Assembly (NCBI GenBank): GCA_035946575.1
Contig: DASYZG010000025.1
Location: forward strand, 4,617-68,616
Reading direction: 5' to 3'
DNA length: 64,000 nt
DNA from: Terriglobia bacterium
GTDB taxonomy: Bacteria; Acidobacteriota; Terriglobia; UBA7540
The notes under the pieces are model-generated. The model saw only the letters and a list, made by a program, of their open reading frames with translations. It was not told where the DNA came from and did not search any database. This document shows, in pieces, positions 56,476-64,000 of this stretch; position 1 is the stretch's first letter; every line of letters starts with the position of its first letter. Position numbers and translations under genes: made by a program.

Positions 56476-58614
56476 TTGATCGGCGACGTACTCGGCCACT
56501 ATCGCATCGTCTCGAAGATCGGGCAGGGCGGGATGGGTGTGGTCTATCGCGCTCACGATGACGTCCTCGAGCGCGATGTGGCGCTCAAGCTGGTGCGCGA
56601 AGAGAAGCCGGTCGAGAAATCCGGCAAGCTGCTGCACGAAGCGCGGGCCGCCTCGGCCCTGAGTCATCCCAACGTCTGCACCATTCACGAAGTCGGCGAA
56701 TTCGCGGGCGAGCTTTACATGGTGATGGAGCTCGTCGACGGCGTGACGCTGAAGACCCGCCTCGGAGAGCTGGGGCTGCCCATCGAATCCGTCCTGCATT
56801 ACGGAGTCCAGGTGGCCGCCGCCCTGGCGCACGCCCATAGTCGCGGCATCGTTCATCGCGACATGAAGAGCGCCAACGTGATCATCACGCCCGAGGGCCT
56901 GGTCAAGGTGCTCGATTTCGGGCTGGCGCGGCGGCCGCCCAAGCCGGTGGCCGGCGATGCCACGGCGAGCATCGCGCCTGGCGAAGGCGAAATCGCGGGC
57001 ACGCTCGCCTACATGGCGCCCGAAGTCCTGCGCGGCGAGCCGGCGGATCACCGCAGCGATCTGTGGGCCATGGGAGTGGTACTCTACGAAGCCGCCACCG
57101 GTCAGTTGCCGTTCCGGGGATCCACGAACCTCGAAGTCAGCTCCGCCATCCTGCGCGAGCAGCCGGAACCCTTGCCCGAGCGCCTGCCACCCGGGTTGCG
57201 GGCGATCATCCAACGGTGTCTCGCCAAGGAGCCTGCGCAGCGATATCAGCAGGCGGGCGAGGTGCAGGCCGCCCTCGAAGCCGTCGAATCTTCATCCAAA
57301 GTCATCATCACTCAGCCTGGCGAACAACGGGGACCTCTCACCACCACCCACCACGGCGTCCGGCACCTCCGGGTGCGGGACGGCGACGTTCTGCTGATGG
57401 TCGGGACCATCAAGGGGGCGTTCCTGCTGCGCGCTTCCGCAGACCGCCGGCGTTGGGATGTGGCCGGCCCCTATTTCCACGGCCAGTTCGTTTATGCGAT
57501 GACGTACGACGGGCGCGGAGACCGGCATCGCCTGTGGGCTTCGACGGCCGCCTTCTGGGGCACGTTTCTGCGATCGAGCGACGATTTCGGCAGGATCTGG
57601 ACGAATCCGCCGGAAGCGAACGTAAAATTTCCCTTTGAAACCGGCGCCGTTCTCAAGAACATCTGGCAGATTTATCCGGGCCCGGCCGATCAGCCGGACG
57701 TGATGTACTGCGGCGTGGAGCCGGCGGCGCTGTTCAAGTCAAGCGATGCGGGGGAGACATGGTCGCTGGTCCGCGGCCTCTTCGATCATCCGCATCGCCC
57801 GCGCTGGATGCCGGGCAACGGCGGCCTGACGCTGCACACGATCGCTCAGGATCCGCAAGACCGGCAACGTATGTACGTCGCCATTTCCGCCGGGGGGATG
57901 TACCGCACCGACGATGGCGGATGCACCTGGCAGGCGCGTAATCACGGCATCCGGGTGATCCACCAGCCCGACAAGTACCCCGAGTTCGGCCAATGCGTTC
58001 ACAAGTTCGCCATGCACCCGGCGCGGCCGGAACGCCTGTTCCTGCAGAACCATTTCGGCTTGTATCGCTCCGATGACAACGCGGACAACTGGAAGGACAT
58101 CGCCAACGGCGTGCCGTCGGACTTCGGGTTTCCCATCGTGGTTCACCCTCACAACCCTGACTGCGTCTATATTCTGCCGGTCGAATCAGACATGTTTCGC
58201 TGCACTCCCGAGGGCCGTCTGCGCGTCTATCGCAGCCGCAACGCGGGAGCGTCATGGGAGCCGCTGGCGCGGGGCCTCCCGCAGAAGGGCGCGTACGAGA
58301 CCGTCCTCCGCGACAACATGGCGGCCGACACGCTCGATCCGCATGGTCTCTATTTCGGGACGCGCAGCGGCCAGGTCTTCGCCTCCTCAGACGAAGGGAA
58401 AACCTGGAAGAAGATCCTGGAAGGACTGCCTGCGATCGTGTGCTTGAAGAGCGCCGTGGTCGGTGAGCCGCGGCGGACCCGCAGAGTTCAGGGGCCAGGG
58501 ATCAGGGGTCGGGGGCCAGGGGTCAGAAACCAGAAGTCAGGAACCAGAAGTCAGAAGCCAGAAGTCAGAAGTAAGAAGACGCCGAGGGCCAGACCACGCG
58601 CAGCAAGTCGCTGA
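56476..58614 (+). CDS. Hanks-type Ser/Thr protein kinase fused, with no TM segment, to an Asp-box (BNR) beta-propeller domain
   Basis: TTG start after GAGGAG. Kinase motifs 'GQGGMGVVY', 'VALK', 'HRDMKSANV', 'DFGLA', 'YMAPE'. The C-terminal ~370 aa carries six SxDxGxxW boxes. The last ~45 aa are read-through into a 7-nt periodic array. Confidence 0.85.
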   Translation: MIGDVLGHYRIVSKIGQGGMGVVYRAHDDVLERDVALKLVREEKPVEKSGKLLHEARAASALSHPNVCTIHEVGEFAGELYMVMELVDGVTLKTRLGELGLPIESVLHYGVQVAAALAHAHSRGIVHRDMKSANVIITPEGLVKVLDFGLARRPPKPVAGDATASIAPGEGEIAGTLAYMAPEVLRGEPADHRSDLWAMGVVLYEAATGQLPFRGSTNLEVSSAILREQPEPLPERLPPGLRAIIQRCLAKEPAQRYQQAGEVQAALEAVESSSKVIITQPGEQRGPLTTTHHGVRHLRVRDGDVLLMVGTIKGAFLLRASADRRRWDVAGPYFHGQFVYAMTYDGRGDRHRLWASTAAFWGTFLRSSDDFGRIWTNPPEANVKFPFETGAVLKNIWQIYPGPADQPDVMYCGVEPAALFKSSDAGETWSLVRGLFDHPHRPRWMPGNGGLTLHTIAQDPQDRQRMYVAISAGGMYRTDDGGCTWQARNHGIRVIHQPDKYPEFGQCVHKFAMHPARPERLFLQNHFGLYRSDDNADNWKDIANGVPSDFGFPIVVHPHNPDCVYILPVESDMFRCTPEGRLRVYRSRNAGASWEPLARGLPQKGAYETVLRDNMAADTLDPHGLYFGTRSGQVFASSDEGKTWKKILEGLPAIVCLKSAVVGEPRRTRRVQGPGIRGRGPGVRNQKSGTRSQKPEVRSKKTPRARPRAASR
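58488..58578. repeat. 13 consecutive heptanucleotide units (purine-rich strand)
   Basis: 'tcagggg|ccaggga|tcagggg|tcggggg|ccagggg|tcagaaa|ccagaag|tcaggaa|ccagaag|tcagaag|ccagaag|tcagaag|taagaag'. Purine-rich heptads continue loosely to ~58680. A pyrimidine-rich partner 'cttcgac|tttggac|tttcgac|tttcaac|tctcgac' lies at 58704-58740. Confidence 0.85.
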
Positions 58615-58746
58615 GAGCAGAATGGACGTGGAGGTGTAGAAGCGAAAGGACGGAAGGCGGAAGTCGGAGGCGTCGGCGGTCAGGTAAACCCTTCGAAGGC
58701 ATGCTTCGACTTTGGACTTTCGACTTTCAACTCTCGACTTAAACCG

Positions 58747-59241
58747 ATGCCCCTCACCTTCAACATCCCGGGACCCTTGCGCGGCTTCGCTGCGGGCCGC
58801 CGGCAGGTGGAAATTGGAACGTCGGCCGCGACTTTGTCGGAGGCCCTCGAAGCCCTATGGATCGTCTGTCCGGGTCTGCGCGACCGGGTGATGACCGAAC
58901 AAGGGCAGGTCCGGGAGCACGTGAACATCTTCGTGGGCAAGGAAGATGTCCGCTACATGGACGGACTCAAAACCAGGGTCCCGGCGGAAGCCGAGATCTC
59001 GATTCTGGCCGCGGTAAGTGGCGGCTGTGGCCCGGGCGTCGCGCCCGCGACGCGCCCGGGACAAGCGCGCATCGGAGGTGAGAATGCAAAAGATCAATCC
59101 ATTCCTGTGGTTCGACAATCGGGCCGAGGAGGCCGCGAACTTCTACACATCGATCTTCAAGAACTCGCAAATTCGAACCGTGGCCCGTTATCCCGAAGGA
59201 TCGCCGGGGCCGGCAGGAACGGTGATGACCGTCACCTTTGA
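58747..59241 (+). CDS. MoaD/ThiS-family ubiquitin-like beta-grasp protein (aa 1-93 end in GG at 59020-59025), with the ORF reading through for 71 more codons
   Basis: '...LSEALEALWIVCPGLRDRVMTEQGQVREHVNIFVGKEDVRYMDGLKTRVPAEAEISILAAVSGG' matches the MoaD/SAMP-like pattern. The next codon is TGT (Cys), not a stop. The extension overlaps the VOC gene out of frame. No obvious SD. Confidence 0.7.
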   Translation: MPLTFNIPGPLRGFAAGRRQVEIGTSAATLSEALEALWIVCPGLRDRVMTEQGQVREHVNIFVGKEDVRYMDGLKTRVPAEAEISILAAVSGGCGPGVAPATRPGQARIGGENAKDQSIPVVRQSGRGGRELLHIDLQELANSNRGPLSRRIAGAGRNGDDRHL

Positions 59242-59557
59242 GCTCGACGGGCAGACGTTCATCGCCTTGAACGGCGGCCCGGTCTTTAAGTTCACCGAGG
59301 CGATATCCTTCTTTGTCAATTGTGAGACTCAGGAGGAAGTGGACCAGTTGTGGAGCAGGCTGTCGGACGGCGGAGAAGAGAGCCGGTGCGGGTGGCTGAA
59401 GGACCGATTCGGCGTCTCCTGGCAGATCATTCCCAAAGCGCTCGGCGAGATGCTTCAGGACAAGGACGCCGCACGAGCGAAACGAGTGGTGCAGGCGATG
59501 CTCCAGATGAAGAAGATTGACGTCAACATCTTGAGGCAGGCGTACGAGCAGCAGTAG
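59084..59557 (+). CDS. VOC/glyoxalase-superfamily protein, PhnB-like (3-demethylubiquinone-9 3-methyltransferase-domain type)
   Basis: ATG preceded by GGAGGTG. 'INPFLWFDNRAEEAANFYTSIF...TVTFELDGQTFIALNGGP.FKFTEAISF.V.C..QEEVD.LW..L...G....CGWLKDRFGVSWQI'. Confidence 0.85.
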   Translation: MQKINPFLWFDNRAEEAANFYTSIFKNSQIRTVARYPEGSPGPAGTVMTVTFELDGQTFIALNGGPVFKFTEAISFFVNCETQEEVDQLWSRLSDGGEESRCGWLKDRFGVSWQIIPKALGEMLQDKDAARAKRVVQAMLQMKKIDVNILRQAYEQQ

Positions 59558-59611
59558 TACAAGCCGGAGCAAACTGGCAGGACGGACGCACAAACTCAAA
59601 GGGAGGATGGG

Positions 59612-60784
59612 ATGAGCAAAGTACGAGTACTGGCGGGAACGCGAAAAGGCGCTTTCATTCTCGAATCCGACGGCAAGCGCGAGAAGTGGGAAGTCAGTGG
59701 TCCGCATTTCACAGGGTGGGAAATCTATCACATGAAGGGATCGCCCGCAGACCCCAACCGGATTTATGTCTCGCAGACGAGCGGCTGGTTCGGGCAGATC
59801 ATCCAACGCTCGAACGACGGCGGCAAGACATGGGAAGCGCCCGGAGGCGGCGTGCAGATGTCGCCCCAGGGCTGGCCCATGGGCGAGAGCAACCGTTTCG
59901 TCTACGATACGACGGCGGAGACCGGCAAACCTCTGACCACGCACCAGCATTATGACGGCACGCAGCGTCCCTGGGAATTCAAGCGCGTGTGGCATCTCGA
60001 GCCGTCGCTCACCGATCCTGATACCGTCTACGCCGGAGTCGAAGACGCGGCCATTTTCAAGACCACCGACGGCGGACACAGTTGGCACGAGATGTCCGGG
60101 CTGCGCGGCCATGGCACCGGGCCCAAGTGGCAGCCGGGGGCGGGCGGCATGTGCCTGCACACCATCATCCTGAACCCGAACGGCCAGATCGTGGTGGCCA
60201 TCTCGGCGGCAGGCGCCTTCCGGAGTGATGACGACGGCAAAACGTGGAAGCCAATCAATCGCGGACTAAGGTCCCAGTACATCCCGGATCCGAACGCGGA
60301 GACCGGGCACTGCGTTCACCACATCGCCCGGAACGCCTCGCGCCCCAACGTGCTCTTCATGCAAAAGCACTGGGACGTGATGCGCAGCGACGACGCCGGC
60401 GACAACTGGCGCGAGGTCAGCGGCAATCTGCCCACCGATTTCGGCTTCGCCATCGACGTGCACGCGCACGAGCCGGAGACCATCTACGTGGTGCCCATCA
60501 AGAGCGACTCGGAGCACTTCGTTCACGAAGGCAAGCTGCGCGTCTACCGCAGCCGCACGGGCGGTAACGAGTGGGAGGCGCTCACCAACGGCCTGCCGCA
60601 GAGCAACTGCTACCTTAACGTGCTGCGCGACGCCATGGCGGTCGATTCGCTCGACAAATGCGGAATCTATTTCGGCACTAGCGGCGGGCAGGTGTACGCA
60701 TCGGCCGACGCCGGGGATACCTGGGCGCCGATCGTGCGCGATTTGCCGCCGGTACTCTCGGTCGAGGTGCAAACGCTGTCATGA
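59612..60784 (+). CDS. stand-alone signal-less Asp-box (BNR) beta-propeller protein, paralogue of the kinase C-terminal domain
   Basis: AGGGAGGA SD. Six Asp-boxes ([51 protein letters not shown]). Roughly half the residues are identical, by eye, to kinase residues ~300-665. No signal peptide or TM. Confidence 0.85.
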   Translation: MSKVRVLAGTRKGAFILESDGKREKWEVSGPHFTGWEIYHMKGSPADPNRIYVSQTSGWFGQIIQRSNDGGKTWEAPGGGVQMSPQGWPMGESNRFVYDTTAETGKPLTTHQHYDGTQRPWEFKRVWHLEPSLTDPDTVYAGVEDAAIFKTTDGGHSWHEMSGLRGHGTGPKWQPGAGGMCLHTIILNPNGQIVVAISAAGAFRSDDDGKTWKPINRGLRSQYIPDPNAETGHCVHHIARNASRPNVLFMQKHWDVMRSDDAGDNWREVSGNLPTDFGFAIDVHAHEPETIYVVPIKSDSEHFVHEGKLRVYRSRTGGNEWEALTNGLPQSNCYLNVLRDAMAVDSLDKCGIYFGTSGGQVYASADAGDTWAPIVRDLPPVLSVEVQTLS

Positions 60785-61077
60785 TCCGCGTCGAGCTGCC
60801 TTATCATCTCCGCAAGCTGGCTCACCTCGACGGCGAAGTGCAACTCGAAGTCGCCGGCGAGGTAACGCAGCGATCAGTGCTTGATGCCCTCGAGGCGCGG
60901 TATCCCGTGCTGCGCGGAACCATCCGCGACCACGACAGCGGGAAGCGTCGCGCTTTTCTGCGATTCTTCGCCTGCCAGCAGGACCTTTCGCACGACTCGC
61001 CGGACGCGCTGCTGCCCGAGGCGGTGGCCTCCGGCGCCGAGCCCTTCATGGTGATCGGAGCGATAGCCGGCGGTTAA
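60781..61077 (+). CDS. MoaD/ThiS-family ubiquitin-like protein ending in GG-stop
   Basis: 98 aa. '[14 protein letters not shown]...[28 protein letters not shown]...[12 protein letters not shown]...[12 protein letters not shown]'. The ATG overlaps the propeller stop (ATGA at 60781-60784). Confidence 0.85.
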   Translation: MIRVELPYHLRKLAHLDGEVQLEVAGEVTQRSVLDALEARYPVLRGTIRDHDSGKRRAFLRFFACQQDLSHDSPDALLPEAVASGAEPFMVIGAIAGG

Positions 61078-61153
61078 CCTTCCGCCACGGGATGCATCCC
61101 ACATAAAATACATTCTGCCCCTCGACCATAAGGGCAGAATTGTGGGCCCGTGC

Positions 61154-63556
61154 ATGCGTGAAGAGCTTGTCGATAACCCGGCCGGGCGCCGGCGCGACCA
61201 CGGAGTGTCGAAGAGCGTTCTTTCTGGAGCCTGGCTGGCCTTGCTCTGCGTGTTGGCCGGTCCGCCCGCGAGCGCTCAGCAGCCCGAGATTCCCGCCGAG
61301 TTCAAGAATCCCTTCAACACGGTGACCGTCTATGCGGACTCGCAACAAGCCGCGCACAACATCCTCACCTTGACCGGCCACGTGGAGATCGACTCGCGCG
61401 GGATGTCGCTGGTTGCCGATGAGGCCGTCTATGACCAGTCTACCGGCGAGATCGACGCCCGCGGTCACATCGCGTTTACCAATCCCAAGGCGTACCTCGA
61501 GGCCGCGAGCGCGAAATACAACGTGAAGACCGAAGTCGGGGTCTTCTCCAAGGTGCACGGCTACCTTCGCCTGGAGCCTCGCGCCTCGCGGGTGCGCGTC
61601 ACGGTACCCATGTCAAACGCCTTCTACATCGAGGCTCGCGAAGTTGATCGCGAGGGTCCGGACACTTATCGCCTCGTTGACGGCCGGATCAGCTCCTGCC
61701 AGCAAAAGGAGCGCTTGGGCTGGTGGCTGAACGTTCACAGCGCGCAGGTGAACCTGGGCGGCAGAGCGGTCAGCCACGGCGACGTCTTCCATTTCCTCGG
61801 CCTGCCGATGTTTTACGCGCCCGTGCTCGTCCATTCGGCGTCGCGTACGCCGCGCCAGACCGGATTCCTGCTCCCGGAAGTCGGCAATTCCACCCTGAAG
61901 GGACGCATCCTCGGCGACGCGTTCTATTGGGCCATCAATCGGAGTGCCGACCTCATGGCGGGCGCGGAGGACTACAGCTCGCGAGGGACGGCTTTCATCG
62001 GACGGTTTCGCGCCCGGCCCAGTGACACCAGCTCGCTCGAGGTGAACTATCTTCAGGTGAACGATCACGGCACCGGCCCGCTGCCCACCCAGCGCGCTCC
62101 CGGCGAAGACCTCCGCGCCGTCGGCGGCGACGATGATCTCGGCTGGGGATTTCGCGGCGTGGTGGATGTTGACTACATCAACTCGCTGGCCTTCCGGCTC
62201 ACCTGGAGCGGCAACTTTAACGAAGCGGTGACCTCGGAGGCACGGCAAACGGGTTTTGCCACGAAGAGCTTCGACGGATACAACCTGAGCTTCTATGGTC
62301 ACCGCTATGAGGACTTTCTCAACAGCGTGGAGGTGCCGAACCCGGCGGTCATCATCCGGCAGACGCCCAGCATCAACTTCGGCGGCATGGACCACGAATT
62401 GGGCTCCTCGCCGTTTTACCTGCAGTTCGACGCCTCGGCGGCGGGCGTAGGCCGCGAGGAGCCCGGGTTCAGCACGCCCGCCCTCACCGAGCGCCTCGAT
62501 TTCCATCCCGAGTTGACGATGCAGGTTCCGGAGTTCTGGGGATTTCACCTCACGCCCACCGCCGGACTGGACGGCACGCGCTACGGCACCAGCCTTCTTG
62601 GGCCTCAGAATCCTATCAACCGGCTGCTCGGCGAGGCCTCCCTCGACCTGCATCCTCCCACGCTCGAGCGCGTCTTCAACCGGCGGTTTCGTCATTACCG
62701 CCTGAAGAACGTGATCGAGCCCGACATCCGCTACCGGCTGGTGCGCGCCTCTGACGCCGAGCAAATCAGCGACATTATCCGTTTCGACGAGACCGACGTG
62801 TTCACGGAGACCAACGAGATCGAGTATTCGCTCAAGAGCACACTCTACGGGCGTGCCGATGCCGGCTCCGACCCGACGGATACGCCCCAGGCCCGCGAAC
62901 TGATGTCGCTGAGCGTGAGCCAGAAGTACTACTTCGATCCGACTTTTGGCGGCGTGCTGAAGCCCGGCGCGAATAACGTCTGGGAGCCCACCCTCGACCT
63001 GACGGGCTTCGCTTTCGCCGACGGACAGCGCCTTTCACCCGTGGTCTCGGTATTCAAGGTGGCGCCCTTTTCAAACTACGACACCGAAGTGCGCGCGGAC
63101 GTCAACCCGTACGACGGAGGCCTGCTCGATGCGGGCATCACCTCGTCCGTGCACCGGGGCAACTACATCTTCGAGGCCACGGATTTCTTTGTCGATCGCG
63201 AGCAGGGACTGAACATTCTGCCGCTGGTCCTGCCGGTCGTCCCGACCTCGGCCCTGAGTTCCTCCAATCTCATGAACGCCCGCTTCATTTGGGGTCACAG
63301 CGATCGCAAAGGGCTGAGCGGAGCCGTGGGAGTAAACTACAATATAACGGCGGGCCTGGCGGATGGCGTGGTGGGCCAGTTGACGTACAATTTCAGCTGC
63401 TTCGGCATCGACGTGGGTTACAACCGGTTTTACCTGGGTCCGCTGCGCGATGAAAACCAGTTTCGCATCGCGATTACGCTTTCGAACGTGGGATCGTTCG
63501 GCAACTTGAAGGGTCGCGACCGGCTGTTCACGCAGAACGGTCTTACGAGTCAGTAG
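61154..63556 (+). CDS. lptD: LPS-assembly outer membrane protein LptD (OstA family)
   Basis: Signal 'SGAWLALLCVLAGPPASA'. OstA N-domain 'LTLTGHVEIDSRGMSLVADEAVYDQSTGEIDARGHIAF'. Large C-terminal beta-barrel region. Confidence 0.8.
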   Translation: MREELVDNPAGRRRDHGVSKSVLSGAWLALLCVLAGPPASAQQPEIPAEFKNPFNTVTVYADSQQAAHNILTLTGHVEIDSRGMSLVADEAVYDQSTGEIDARGHIAFTNPKAYLEAASAKYNVKTEVGVFSKVHGYLRLEPRASRVRVTVPMSNAFYIEAREVDREGPDTYRLVDGRISSCQQKERLGWWLNVHSAQVNLGGRAVSHGDVFHFLGLPMFYAPVLVHSASRTPRQTGFLLPEVGNSTLKGRILGDAFYWAINRSADLMAGAEDYSSRGTAFIGRFRARPSDTSSLEVNYLQVNDHGTGPLPTQRAPGEDLRAVGGDDDLGWGFRGVVDVDYINSLAFRLTWSGNFNEAVTSEARQTGFATKSFDGYNLSFYGHRYEDFLNSVEVPNPAVIIRQTPSINFGGMDHELGSSPFYLQFDASAAGVGREEPGFSTPALTERLDFHPELTMQVPEFWGFHLTPTAGLDGTRYGTSLLGPQNPINRLLGEASLDLHPPTLERVFNRRFRHYRLKNVIEPDIRYRLVRASDAEQISDIIRFDETDVFTETNEIEYSLKSTLYGRADAGSDPTDTPQARELMSLSVSQKYYFDPTFGGVLKPGANNVWEPTLDLTGFAFADGQRLSPVVSVFKVAPFSNYDTEVRADVNPYDGGLLDAGITSSVHRGNYIFEATDFFVDREQGLNILPLVLPVVPTSALSSSNLMNARFIWGHSDRKGLSGAVGVNYNITAGLADGVVGQLTYNFSCFGIDVGYNRFYLGPLRDENQFRIAITLSNVGSFGNLKGRDRLFTQNGLTSQ

Positions 63557-63597
63557 TCGGTTGTCAGTTGTCGGTTGTCGATGATCGTAGATCGTCG
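63549..63597. repeat. heptanucleotide array spanning the lptD stop codon
   Basis: 'gtcagta|gtcggtt|gtcagtt|gtcggtt|gtcgatg|atcgtag|atcgtcg'. An opposite-polarity partner at 63638-63687 reads 'caacgga|caacggg|ctattga|cgacgga|aactgac|gactgag'. Confidence 0.8.
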
Positions 63598-63694
63598 AAC
63601 GTTGCCGGTGGTTCCACGAGCTGCGAATCGGCCACTTAACTGGCAACGGACAACGGGCTATTGACGACGGAAACTGACGACTGAGAGTTTCATT

Positions 63695-64000
63695 ATGCCA
63701 TTCCCAACCCATCGTCCCCGCCGTCTGCGACGCACCGAAGCGCTGCGGGATCTGGTGCGCGAGACGCGCCTCGGCGCGGGCTCGCTCGTCTATCCCCTGT
63801 TCGTCTGCCCGGGCTCCGGCGTCAAGAACGAAATCAGCTCCATGCCCGGGAATTACCGCTGGTCGACCGATCTGCTGGCCGAGGAGTGCCGCGCCGCGGC
63901 CGGCCTCGGCATTCCCGCCGTGATCCTCTTCGGCATCCCCGAGCATAAGGATGACGTCGGCTCGGGCGCTTACGCCGCTGACGGCATCGTGCAGCGCGCG
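63695..64000 (+). CDS. hemB: porphobilinogen synthase (5-aminolevulinate dehydratase), 5' partial; runs off the window
   Basis: My own translation gives [82 protein letters not shown].... This is the canonical HemB N-terminus ('RPRRLR....R.LV.E..L....LI.PLFV'). Confidence 0.85.
   Translation, partial: MPFPTHRPRRLRRTEALRDLVRETRLGAGSLVYPLFVCPGSGVKNEISSMPGNYRWSTDLLAEECRAAAGLGIPAVILFGIPEHKDDVGSGAYAADGIVQRA

Noticed and set aside
1-64000. tRNA, rRNA, tmRNA and SRP RNA genes, looked for especially in the large intergenic regions 27914-28495, 45668-46720 and 52750-54216
   Set aside because: I saw no T-arm 'GGTTCGAATCC'-type box, no cloverleaf and no rRNA-like conserved blocks by eye. A tRNAscan-SE/Infernal run is needed to be certain.

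Overview
64-kb high-GC chromosomal window. The gene content looks acidobacterial: PadR plus two ADOP-type duplicated orphan permeases, two carboxypeptidase-regulatory-domain TonB-dependent receptors, a PEP-CTERM motif, BshB1, and a CadC/TolB-type regulator. I can support about 41 protein-coding genes. These include a CzcCBA-type RND efflux operon, a penicillin-acylase-family enzyme, SelA, an alpha-glucan phosphorylase, FtsK, GrpE, DnaJ, LptD and a partial HemB. One gene, a 56-aa Flp pilin, is absent from the ORF track. I found no rRNA, tRNA, CRISPR array, intact transposase/integrase or phage module. Many long ORFs in the track are antisense shadows of real genes, which is typical of high-GC DNA. 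The intergenic DNA is unusually repeat-rich. It holds several REP-like hairpin families, palindromes whose arms are 9-nt periodic arrays, strand-asymmetric 7-nt periodic (GTCNNNN) arrays often in inverted pairs, and an AT-rich ~285-bp dispersed element with three iteron-like 22-mers. The most system-like unexplained locus is 56.5-61.1 kb. It carries two paralogous cassettes of a signal-less Asp-box (BNR) beta-propeller followed by a MoaD/ThiS-type diglycine ubiquitin-like protein. One propeller is fused to a Hanks Ser/Thr kinase, and one Ubl has no stop codon after GG. No E1, JAMM, MoaE or ThiG partner is nearby. All protein calls rest on motif recognition by eye. No database search or folding computation was run.
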